Shown here: in pieces, positions 50,315-59,810 of the stretch
Layout: every line of letters begins with the position of its first letter
Numbering within the stretch: position 1 is the first letter of the stretch
Assembly: GCA_963741215.1 (NCBI GenBank)
Contig: CAVUHQ010000039.1
Coordinates: 69,440 to 133,439 of the forward strand
From: an uncultured beta proteobacterium
GTDB lineage: Bacteria; Pseudomonadota; Gammaproteobacteria; Burkholderiales; SHXO01
Reading direction: 5' to 3'
DNA: 64,000 nt
Program-made: the position numbers and the translations under genes
The notes under the pieces: model-generated
Told to the model about the DNA's origin: nothing
The model's input: only the letters and a program-made list of their open reading frames with translations
The model's database searches: none

Positions 50315-52718
50315 ATGAAGCTACGCAGCCTCAGCAGCCGAATGGTTCTCGTCTTCGCGCTCCTGTTCACCGTGGTGCAGGCGAGCGTGCTGGTGCTCGT
50401 CGATCGCGTCGGCCTCCGAATCGCGCGCGAGCGCAACGCCGAAGAACTGCAGGTCGGCGAACGCGTGTTCCTGCGGCTGCTGGACCAGAACCGTCAGCGT
50501 CTGCTGCAAGCGGCCGAGGTGCTGTCCAAGGATTTCGCGTTTCGGCAGGCGGTCGCGACGGGCGATGCGCCCACGATCTCGTCGGTCCTCCACAACCACG
50601 GCGCCCGCATCCAGGCCAGCGTGATGATGCTGGTGTCGCTCGGACAACATTCTGATTGCCGATTCCCTGCACCCGGCGAGCAGCCGTCGGCCTTCCCGCA
50701 GCCCGCCCTGATCCGCTCGGCGCAGGAACACGGCCGGGCATCGGCGATCATGCGCATCGACGACTGCGCTGTATCAGGTGGTCGTCGTCCCGGTGCTTGC
50801 GCCGGATCCGATCGCATGGGTCGCGATGGGCTTTTCGATCGACAAGGCTTTTCTGCACGATCTGCGCACGCTCACCTCGCTTGCACGTCTCGTTCCTCGA
50901 GCGCGAGCCCGGCCGGACGCTGGCGCAGTGCTCGCCACGACGCAACCGCAGCCCGAGCTCGAAGCGTCGCTGCGCGGTACTGCCATCGGCGCGCAGCCGC
51001 CGAGCGTGCCGCTGCAGCTGCACGACTTCGACACCATCGTCACCGCCCTGCCGCAGGAAGGCAGCAACCCGATCGAGGTCGCGCTGCAGCGCTCGGTCAC
51101 CGAAGGACTCGAGCCGTTCGAGCGTCTGAAATCGATGCTCGCGCTGCTCACGGCGGCGAGCATCGTGGCCTCCGTCGTCGGCAGCATCGTCCTGGCCCGC
51201 CGCATCACGCAGCCGCTCGCCGCGCTGACCCGGTTCGCGAGCGCGCGTCCGCGACGGCGACTACCGCGGCGCGCTGGAGCTCAAACGCAACGACGAGATC
51301 GGTGCGCTGTCGGCCAGCTTCAATCACATGCTGGATGGCATCGAAGCGCGCCAGGCGGAGATCCTGCGCCTCGCCTACGAAGACACCGTGACCGGGCTGC
51401 CGAACCGGGTGATGTTCAACACCCGGCTGACGCGAAGCGGTCGAGCACTATCGCCGCGACCGGCGAACCGACGTCGCCGTGCTGCTGATGGATCTCGATC
51501 GCTTCAAGTTCATCAACGACACGCTCGGCCATCACGCGGGCGACATGGTGCTGCAGGCAGTGGCGAAGCGGCTGCGCGAATGCGCTGCGCGAATCCGACA
51601 CCGTAGCCCGGCTGGGCGGCGACGAGTTCGCCATTCTGCTGACCGGCGCGCGATCCGACGCGCGCATCGGCAGTCGGGCGCATGATCCAGACGATTCTCG
51701 AGGAGCCGATCGACCTGGACGGGCAGCCCGTGGACGTCGGTTCGAGCATCGGCATTGCGCAATGCCCCGTGCATGGCGAGGATCCGTCGTTGCTGCTGCG
51801 CCGGGCGGACATCGCCATGTACGTCGCCAAGCGCGACAAGTCCGGCGTCGCGATGTACGAGTCGCGTTTCGACCAGCATCGCGCCGAGCATCTTTCGCTG
51901 CTGAGCGACCTGCGCCGGGCGATCGCCGAGACGCAGCTCTCGCTGCACTACCAGCCCAAGGTCGATCTGCGCCGCGGGCAGGTGGTCGGCGTCGAGGCGC
52001 TGATCCGCTGGCTGCATCCCGAACGGGGCATGATTCCGCCGTCGGATTTCATCCTGTTCGCCGAGCAGACCGGCATGATCCGGCACGTGACGCGCTGGGT
52101 CATCGAGGAGGCGATCCGCCAATGCGGCGTCTGGCTTGCCAGCGGCACTGCGCTGAGCGTCTCGCTGAACGTTTCCAGCCGCGATCTGCTCGACCGCGAG
52201 CTGCCGCAGTTGTTCGCTGGCCGCGACGCGCAGGCACGCGGTCCCACCGGAACTGATCACGGTCGAGGTCACCGAGAGCGCGTTGATGGAAGATCCGCAG
52301 CGCGCGCAGGAAACGATTCGTGGCCTGAAGGAGCAGGGATTCCGACTGTCCATCGACGACTACGGCACCGGCTATTCCTCGCTCGCCTACATCCAGCGCC
52401 TGCAGTGCGACGAGCTCAAGAGTCGATCGCGCCTTCGTGACGCATGCGTCCGGGGACGGCAAGGACGCCGCCATCGTGCGCTCCACCATCGAGCTGGGCC
52501 ACAGCCTGGGCCTGACGGTGGTCGCCGAAGGCGTCGAAGATACCCGAGGTGATGGAGGTGCTGCGCGACCTGGGCTGCGATCTCGCGCAAGGCTACGCGA
52601 TCTCGCGCCCGCTGTCCGCGCAGGAAGCTTGCGCAGTGGATTGCAGACCTGCGCAGTGGACCACCGGCCGGCGCGCGGACCCGTCACCAAGGTCGCGGAT
52701 CGTCTGCGCGCGGTGTGA
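50315..52718 (+). CDS. membrane sensor diguanylate cyclase/phosphodiesterase (periplasmic sensor-HAMP-GGDEF-EAL), many frame breaks
   Basis: N-terminal TM segment, HAMP-like [19 protein letters not shown] ([11 protein letters not shown]), and EAL ([27 protein letters not shown]). Confidence 0.8.
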
Positions 52719-52738
52719 TCGGCATGCAGCGACTCCAG

Positions 52739-53624
52739 ATGAAGCGGATGCTGCTGTTCGGCGCCTGCTGTGGCCTGCTGCTTGCCGCCATCGCTCGCGC
52801 GGAATTGGGGCTTCGACGCGGCTGCCGGATTCACCTACGACGACAACGCTGTCGAATGCGATCGAGGCCGAGGATCGGAAGGCAGACAGCGCGCATCACG
52901 CTCAACGTATCCGGCGGACTTCACGAGCAGCTTGGCGCGAGCACCGGGTCGGGCTTGAGCCTCGTCGCCGAATCGGCGTACTACCTGCGCTACTCCGGCC
53001 TGAGCAACCTCGGCCTGGGCGCGCTCGCGCAGCTGCGCCACAAGTTCGGCGCTGGGTGGCGATGCGCCCTGGGCGGCCGTTCTCGGCTCAGGCGATCCAC
53101 CGCAACTATCACTACGACTATCGCGACGGCTGGCAGTACGACGCCGCCGCGACCGCAGGCAAGCAGCTCGGAGAGCGCTGGAGCGTGCGCGCAAGCGTGC
53201 GCTACGACCGCTATCACCGCGGATCACCTGCAGCCCACGGTGCTGCCAGGCGTATCCACCGCGGCGTACGATACGTCGGGCTGGAGCTTCGGTGCCCAGG
53301 CCACTTTTCTCCTGACCGAGGCCGATCTGCTGTCGTTTCGTACACCTGGCGCAATGGCACGGTCACGGCGGTCACGCCGCCGGACGAGAAGTCCTCGAAT
53401 ACTCGAGCGCGGTCGCACGCGACCCGGTGTTCGGCGGCACGCCGCCTCTGATTGCGTACCGGATCGAGGCCAAGACCGATACGCTGTCGCTGACTTGGAG
53501 CCACACGCTTGGGTCGCCATGCGGCCGTCAATGTCGCCTATGCCTATCCGCGGAGCCGCACCGACTCCGATCTGGAGACTACTATTCCAACCTGATCAGC
53601 CTCAGCGTGAGCTACAGCCGGTGA
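52739..53624 (+). CDS. putative outer-membrane beta-barrel protein, frame breaks
   Basis: Signal peptide MKRMLLFGACCGLLLAAIARA, alternating beta-pattern segments, and a C-terminal YYSNLISLSVSYSR ending in an aromatic-x-basic pattern. Family not recognised. Confidence 0.4.
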
Positions 53625-54289
53625 TGACGACGCGCGTCGCATTGCTCGGTCGCATCCAGACCTGCCTGGCGCTGCTTGATGCCGTCGGCATCGGCCGCAC
53701 AGCTGCGTGCAGATCGTCTCGACCGCGACGGAAAACCGTTGCCGAATGCCGTGGTCGTGGCCGTCCCCGAGGATGGCCAGCTCCCGGCGCCGAAGCCGAC
53801 CGTGGAGATCGTCGACCAGATCGACAAGGAGTTCGTGCCCTACGTCAAGCCGGTGCGGGTCGGCGTCGTACGTGCAGTTTCCCAACAAGGACAACATCCG
53901 CCACCACGTCTACTCTTTTTCTGCCGCCAGGAAGTTCGAGCTGCCGCTCTACAGCGGCACGCCGGCTCAGCCCGTGCTGTTCGACAAGGTCGGCGTCGTC
54001 AAGCTCGGGTGCAACATCCACGACTGGATGATCGGCTACATCTACGTGACCGAGACGCCCTACTTCGGAAAGAGCAACGCGGAGGGCCGCGTCGATATGG
54101 ATCCAGCTGCCGCCAGGGCGCTATCGGGTACGCGTCTGGCATCCGCGCATGGAAGGATCCGAAGACGCGACGGTCAAGCATGTAGAGCTGCAGGATGCGA
54201 CTGCCGCTACGGTCGAATGGAAGCTCAAGCTCAAACCAGAGTTCAGGCCGCGGCGCATGCCGCTGCCCGGCGAGGCTGGATATCGCTAG
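53624..54289 (+). CDS. cupredoxin-like protein of the kind annotated as methylamine utilization protein, three +1 frame breaks
   Basis: FVPYVKPVRVGSYVQFPNKDNIRHHVYSFSAARKFELPLYSG...GCNIHDWMIGYIYV. The start ATG overlaps the preceding stop (GTGATGA). Confidence 0.5.
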
Positions 54290-54559
54290 GGCACCCGTTC
54301 TCGTACCCGGTCGTTGCTGCTCCCGGTCGTTCCCCTCGCCATTCGTTCCCGGTCGTTCCCGTTCGCGACACCCATTGACCTCGCTGGTCTCCGGCCGAGT
54401 ACTCTCGAACACTGCTAAGGCCGGGAACGGGACTGAGAAAGCGGTCTAGATAATCATCGCGGAAGTCTCCTGCGAGGTGTCGGACCCGCCATCGATTCGC
54501 AGGTCATCTCGCTCAAGAGCAGCAGCGCCGATACGCTCCTCGAGGCAATATCGTTTTAT

Positions 54560-54614
54560 TCATCAATTGAGGCTTGTTTTTCCATCAAATGACGGCGTAT
54601 TCTTCATCAAATGA
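54560..54614. promoter_or_regulatory. three palindromic boxes TCATCAAWTGA phased exactly 22 bp apart upstream of the toxin-antitoxin pair
   Basis: TCATCAATTGA at 54560, CCATCAAATGA at 54582 and TCATCAAATGA at 54604. Each is preceded by a T-run. They lie in a visibly AT-richer stretch. Confidence 0.5.
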
Positions 54615-54672
54615 GAGCGACTTGTAGTTCGGCGTCAGCCGGCGGACGCAGATGGGAGTATTCTTAGGCCCT

Positions 54673-54897
54673 ATGAAGATTGCTACTGGAAAGGTGATTG
54701 GCGGAAAGGTCGTGCTAGAGGGCACGGCCTTCGAGGAAGGCAGTTCCGTCACAGTCCTAGCTCGGGATGAGGAGGGTGACATCACCGTTACGCCTGAGGA
54801 AGAAGCCGAGCTTCTTCTCGCGATTGCCGAGGCAGATCGAGGCGAAATGGTTTCAGCGGAGGAAGTGCTCGCGAAGCTCGCGCGTCGTCGTGGCTAG
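54673..54897 (+). CDS. type II antitoxin (partner of ParE)
   Basis: MKIATGKVIGGKVVLEGTAFEEGSSVTVL...TPEEEAELLLAIAEADRGEMVSAEEVLAKL. An alternative start is ATG 54652. It ends 8 nt before the toxin start. Confidence 0.7.
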   Translation: MKIATGKVIGGKVVLEGTAFEEGSSVTVLARDEEGDITVTPEEEAELLLAIAEADRGEMVSAEEVLAKLARRRG

Positions 54898-54904
54898 CTG
54901 AGCC

Positions 54905-55198
54905 GTGAGAGTCCGGGTCACGAAGCGTGCGCAAGCGCAGATTGACCGAGCCGCCGTTTGGTGGGATGAGAATCGTGAGCTTGCGCCCGAAGCCTTCGAC
55001 GAGGATCTCGCCGAGGCTTTTTCACTTGTGAGCGTCGAACCGGGGATCGGCGCACCGGTCGCAAGTGCACGCATCCTAGGAGTGCGGCGTTTGCATCTAG
55101 CTCGAATTCATTGCTTCCTCTACTACCGAGTACATCGTGGAGAAGTGCACGTGCTGCGTATTTGGCACACAAGCCGAGGTAGTAGCCCTGCTTTGTAG
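54905..55198 (+). CDS. parE: ParE/RelE-family type II toxin
   Basis: GTG start, 97 aa. AQIDRAAVWWDENR and the C-terminal YYRVHRGEVHVLRIWHTSR pattern are typical of ParE. Confidence 0.8.
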   Translation: MRVRVTKRAQAQIDRAAVWWDENRELAPEAFDEDLAEAFSLVSVEPGIGAPVASARILGVRRLHLARIHCFLYYRVHRGEVHVLRIWHTSRGSSPAL

Positions 55199-55220
55199 TT
55201 GAGGCGATGACGCCGAACCC

Positions 55221-55310
55221 TGCAATCGACCGGAGCGCCCAACGGCAGCGCCGTTGGGTCCCCGTCCCGCTGCGCGCGCCGGCGCCCGGTGACTGCATAC
55301 GTTGGACATC
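55221..55310. repeat. GC-rich palindromic repeat (second REP family) containing the hairpin CCCAACGGC-AGC-GCCGTTGGG
   Basis: The arms TGCAATCGACCGGAGCGCC and GGCGCCCGGTGACTGCA are inverted. A related 30-nt copy is at 56391..56421 and a related hairpin is at 58196..58240. Confidence 0.5.
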
Positions 55311-55395
55311 ACGGGTTGGTCATTGAAGTCAAGCATGTGGAGATGTCGACAATCGCCTCACCACTAGTGCTACGCAAGTCTGTTGGATTGATCTC

Positions 55396-56376
55396 GTGAA
55401 CAGACGTTTGTTTCTGCTCATGCTGCTCCTGGAGGCAGCCCACGTGTCCGAGGTCGGCGCACAGTCCTCCGTCGAAGCAGTTCGCGTCACATTCGTTGGC
55501 TCGGTTTCTGAGTCCACGGCTCCCCGAGCTGTAGCAGCCTTCTGGACTCATCTCCGGCAGCTCGGTTGGGTGGAAGGCCAGAATCTAATACGTGAGACAT
55601 ACTGGGCTGAAGGCGACGTCGAGAGACTACCGAAGCTAATGTCGGACGCGGTCTCCCGGCCCGTCAACGTGTTGGTTACCTTTGGAACGCCGGCTGCAAC
55701 CGCCGCTCGAAACGTCAGCCGAACGGTCCCAATCGTCGTGATGGGAATGGGCGATCCCGTTGCAACGGGGTTGGTCCAGAGTCTGGCACGCCCTGGTGGC
55801 AACCTCACCGGACTTTCTGCAGCGTGGGACCAAGCCTTCGCGGGGAAGTGGCTCGAGCTGATACAGGAAGCGACTCCAAGACTCGCCACCGTAGCCGTCC
55901 TGGGTCACGCGGGCAATCCGCTCACCGTCAAGGTCCTTGACGCTGTGAAAGCGCGCGCGGTCGAGCGGGGGTTGAAGATCCGCTTCCTCGGGTTGAAGGC
56001 CGCTGATGGCATCGGATCCGCGATCGACGAGGCTAGAAAACACACGCAAGCGCTCCTCGTCCTTTCAGACCCTGTCACATTCACCGCCCGACGGCAGCTG
56101 GTTGCCCTCGCGGCGAAAAATCGGCTACCCACCGTGTTCCCGATGCGTGAGTTCGTTGACGACGGTGGGTTGATGTCATATGGGTCCGATTCAGCAGATC
56201 TCGGCCGACGGGCCGCGGAGTACGTGGACAAGATTCTCAGAGGCGCTAGGCCGGGAGACTTGCCGATCGAACAACCCACGCGATTCGTGCTCGTGGTCAA
56301 CCTGCGAACTGCCCGCGAGCTTGGGCTACAGATGCCAGAGTCCATTCTGCTGCGGGCAGACGAAGTGATACGCTAG
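55396..56376 (+). CDS. orphan ABC-type substrate-binding protein, COG2984/PF04392-like (copy 4)
   Basis: Intact, GTG start. SLARPGGNLTG and the C-terminal LPIEQPTRFVLVVNLRTARELGLQMPESILLRADEVIR. Confidence 0.85.
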   Translation: MNRRLFLLMLLLEAAHVSEVGAQSSVEAVRVTFVGSVSESTAPRAVAAFWTHLRQLGWVEGQNLIRETYWAEGDVERLPKLMSDAVSRPVNVLVTFGTPAATAARNVSRTVPIVVMGMGDPVATGLVQSLARPGGNLTGLSAAWDQAFAGKWLELIQEATPRLATVAVLGHAGNPLTVKVLDAVKARAVERGLKIRFLGLKAADGIGSAIDEARKHTQALLVLSDPVTFTARRQLVALAAKNRLPTVFPMREFVDDGGLMSYGSDSADLGRRAAEYVDKILRGARPGDLPIEQPTRFVLVVNLRTARELGLQMPESILLRADEVIR

Positions 56377-56472
56377 TGACGTCCAACATCTGCATCGACC
56401 GGAGCGCCCAACAGCATCGCAGCACAGACCAGACCCGACCCGATGGGACGAACGCTTCATGGAGCGGCGGAA

Positions 56473-56695
56473 GTGACACAAAGACGGAAGACGAAGTACA
56501 TCCACGAAGGGCAATTCGTTGCCGAGGTTGAAGGTTGAGGTTATTGAAGATGACTCCTCCTGGTCGCCCTACCTCTCTGTTGCTGACGCCACCCGACTTG
56601 ATAAGGTGCGCGACGCATCGTGCAGAGGCGACCTCAAGGCAGCTGCTTCTCTGGGTCGCGTGTACAGGCTTGAACCCGTAGCACCGACGCATTGA
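56473..56695 (+). CDS. small hypothetical protein (about 73 aa), one +1 frame break at about 56533
   Basis: Hand translation gives VTQRRKTKYIHEGQFVAEVE / VEVIEDDSSWSPYLSVADATRLDKVRDA..RGDLKAAASLGRVYRLEPV. It resembles a small conserved family I cannot name. Length is 223 nt (3n+1). Confidence 0.3.
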
Positions 56696-56699
56696 TGCC

Positions 56700-56990
56700 C
56701 AAGAAGGGCCTGGAGGGGAGCACCCACCAGCGTGACTCTACCTTGGCTGACCGGTCAGGACGCTGGACTGAATTCCTCGGGGCTCCCTGCGCTCACGAAA
56801 CGTAGTTCGACCGCCAGCGACGGCGCTGCCGCCTTGAGCTCCGCGATCGCCTTCGGGTGCCACCTCGCATCCGTATGCCATCTGTAAGTTCCCGGATGCT
56901 AGCCTGCGAGTCCGGACCGGGGCTGGAGATGCCCGGCAGAAACCCGGGCGACCAATCTCACGCACGTTGCTCGGCGCGGGAAGAGCAGAG
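56700..56990 (-). pseudogene. heavily degraded remnant of a COG2984/PF04392-type binding-protein gene
   Basis: Minus-strand translation shows AIAELKAAAPSLAVELRFVSAGSPEEF, which fits the mid-protein pattern of the four intact copies. There are faint N-terminal traces and multiple stops. Confidence 0.3.
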
Positions 56991-57077
56991 TTATACCTTC
57001 CCTGTTGAACCTATCCCAAGCGCGAGCGGGATGCGCCTGCCGACACCGGGCGCCGTATCGAAATGCGGGGAGGAGTA

Positions 57078-57570
57078 ATGCGCAACGCACTTGCAGTTGC
57101 CGCGTCTGGTCTGGTTGTTGCCGCCTTCTGTAGTTCGGTCGCCGCCCAGCAACTTCCGAAGTCGGGCAGCATCAGCGTCCACAGCGGCTATTGGGCCGTG
57201 GGCGAGTCGGTCGACTGTCGCCGAGAAGACTGTCCAAGGCCACGGCAACAATCGAGGCATCACGTTCAACGATAAAGGTTCAGGTCCGCTGCACCTTGGC
57301 CCTACTGATTGCTTCTACACGTTTTCTACCATTGCCGAGCGCACCAAAGTGAAGGGCTATTGCACCTTCGGCGACACCGATGGAGACCGCATATTCACCG
57401 ATTTCAAAGGTGCCTTTCAGCCCAGCGGCTATGTTGAGGGCACGCACGACGTGGACGGCGGCACCGGCAAGTACTCTGGCATCCAGGGCACCATGATGTT
57501 CAAGTGCAAGTACTCGGGCCCGAACGGCGAGCTCGAGTGCATTCAACGTTTAGACTATCGACTCCCGTAG
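57078..57570 (+). CDS. secreted Cys-containing hypothetical protein, paralogue A, one +1 frame break near 57215
   Basis: GGAGGAG Shine-Dalgarno sequence, signal peptide MRNALAVAASGLVVAAFCSSVAAQ, and DGGTGKYSGIQG near the C-terminus. Length is 493 nt (3n+1). Confidence 0.6.
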
Positions 57571-57690
57571 CCGAAAGAGGGGCTGCCGAGCTCAGCGTTT
57601 CGGCTTCGTTGAAGAGACTCGCGCTCATCGCGAGCGGGATGCGCCAACCGTACGAACCGGCGCAGCACTTCAAGTGGGAGTGGAGGGGAT

Positions 57691-58162
57691 ATGAACGAGA
57701 GGGGGAAGTTCATCTATCTAGTAGTGCTGGCTGTTGGCTGTGGTGTGCCTGGCGTCAGTTTCGCCGGGAAAATGCGCTGGAAACAACATCAACAATCTGG
57801 TGTCATGGGAACCTACAGAGATATCCAAGGGGACCACGCTCGCCACTTTGCGGATAACAAGCGTCACCGTAAGTGACGATCCCAGCGCCGCCTATCACCT
57901 TGTGTCTGGCGAATGCGTCGGCAGTTTTCTGACTACTCCCGACGGAAAGACGCAGGGGAGTGGAAGTTGCGCGCGCAGGGACAAGGACGGCGATGTTCTG
58001 AACGAAGAGTGGGTTTCAACTGATGGCGCCGGGGCCAAAGGAACTTGGAAGAACGTGGGCGGGACCGGCAAGTTCGCCAAGGCCGCCTCTACGGGCCAGT
58101 GGGAATTTACTCAGTTGCAGGGGAAGATGGCTGCCGTGCGCTGGGTAGGCAACTGCCAGTAA
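57691..58162 (+). CDS. secreted Cys-containing hypothetical protein, paralogue B, one +1 frame break near 57775
   Basis: Signal-like N-terminus MNERGKFIYLVVLAVGCGVPGVSFA and VGGTGKFAKAAS near the C-terminus. Length is 472 nt (3n+1). Confidence 0.55.
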
Positions 58163-58195
58163 GTGTTGCTGCCAAGAGCCCAACAACGCGCTGAA

Positions 58196-58240
58196 CCGGA
58201 CGCACCAACAGCGGCGTTTCGCTTGCCGTTGGTGCGCCGG
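58196..58240. repeat. imperfect GC-rich hairpin CCGGACGCACCAACAGCGGC...GCCGTTGGTGCGCCGG (second REP family)
   Basis: Read directly, between convergent genes. Confidence 0.45.
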
Positions 58241-58345
58241 CTAGCGCGGGCGTTCGGCGTCATGGAAGGTGCGCGGTGACCAGTCCGCCGCCGTGTTGGT
58301 CATTCGGGACTGAAGTCCGGTACTGGGACGTTCGTGGCCCGTCGC

Positions 58346-59063
58346 TCAGACACCCAGATAGCGATGCCAGAGCCCGTGATCCGCCGCAAGCTGCGCTCGA
58401 GCTCCCTCGCCAGGCCACTCGCCCGCGCTCGATGATGGTGTGGTGATCTGCGAGCGGGATCAGGCGCTCCACATATTTATCCACCACCAGGATAGTCTGG
58501 CCGGCCGTCTTCAACGCTGCCAGGCAGCGCCACACCTCTTCGCGGATCAGCGGCGCGAGTCCTTCGGTGGCTTCATCCAGGATCAGCAGATCAGGGTTGG
58601 TCATCAATGCGCGCCCGATCGCGAGCATCTGCTGCTCGCCGCCCGAGAGCTGATGGCCCATGTTCTGGATCCGCGCCGCGAGGCTCGGGAAGAACTCCAG
58701 CACCCGCTGCAGCGTCCAGGGGACCGGGCCGCCGCCACGGCTGTCGGCAAACGCAAGCAGGTTCTCGCGCACGCTGAGGTTGGGAAAGATCTGCCGCCCT
58801 TCGGGTACCAATGCAACGCCACGCCGCGCAATCTGGTCTGGCCGCAAATGCTCGATGCGCTCACCGCGCAGCGTAACGGTTCCGGCGTGCGGGGGCGTGA
58901 GGCCCAGCAGGGCGCGAATGGTGGTGGTCTTGCCCATGCCGTTGCGCCCCAGCAGTGTAGCCACCTCACCACGCTTGAGTTCGAGGTCGATCCCGAACAG
59001 GACCTGGCTCATGCCGTAGCCCGCCTCCAGTCCTTCGGCACGCAACAGCGGCTCGCTGGTCAT
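58346..59063 (-). CDS. livF: branched-chain amino acid (HAAT) ABC transporter ATP-binding protein, one +1 frame break near 58405
   Basis: Walker A GRNGMGKTT, signature LSGGEQQML, and Walker B LLILDE. The true tail AQLAADHGLWHRYLGV-stop is in the neighbouring frame. Length is 718 nt (3n+1). Confidence 0.85.
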
Positions 59064-59810
59064 GCCTCATCTCCGAGATACGCGCGCTTGACTTCCGCGT
59101 TGGCCCGAATCGCTTCCGGTGCTCCGGTCGCGATGATCCTCCCTGACACCAGCACCGAGATGCGATCGGCCAGGCGGAACACCGCATCCATGTCGTGCTC
59201 CACCAGCAGCACCGTCACGACACCTTTGAGCCCGGCGATCAGCTCGATCATGCGTTGCGACTCGTCGGGCCCCATCCCCGCCATCGGCTCGTCGAGGAGC
59301 AGCAGCCGGGCATCGGTAGCCAGCGCCAGTCCGACCTCGAGCTGGCGCTGCTCGCCGTGAGCCAGGGTGCCGGCGGTCTTGTGCTCGCGGCCCGCGAGGC
59401 CGACGCGAGCGGCAATCGCTTGCGCTTCCTCGGACAGCGCCGGTTCGTGCGCCAGCGGCCGCCAGAAGCGCACACTCGATCCGCTGCGGGCGAGCACCGC
59501 CAGCGTGAGGTTGTGCAGGACGCTGAAACGACGGAACACGCTGGTGATCTGGTAGGAGCGCGCCAATCCCAGCCGCACGCGTTCGTGCAGGCTGCGCGCC
59601 GTGATCTCCTGCCCGTCGAACAGGATCCTGCCGGCGTCGGGCTTGAGCGCGCCGGATAGCTGGTGGATGAACGTGGTCTTGCCCGCGCCGTTGGGGCCGA
59701 TGAGCGCGTGCAGCTCGCCGCGCTCGACGTCGAAGTCCAACCGGTCGGTCGCGACCAGGCCGCCGAAATGCTTTTGCAGCGCTCTCCGCCCGCAGCAGCG
59801 TGTCAGCCAC
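59060..59810 (-). CDS. livG: branched-chain amino acid (HAAT) ABC transporter ATP-binding protein, one +1 frame break near 59780
   Basis: GPNGAGKTT, LAHGEQRQLEV, LLLLDEP and the C-terminal VKRAYLG. Length is 751 nt (3n+1). Confidence 0.85.
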
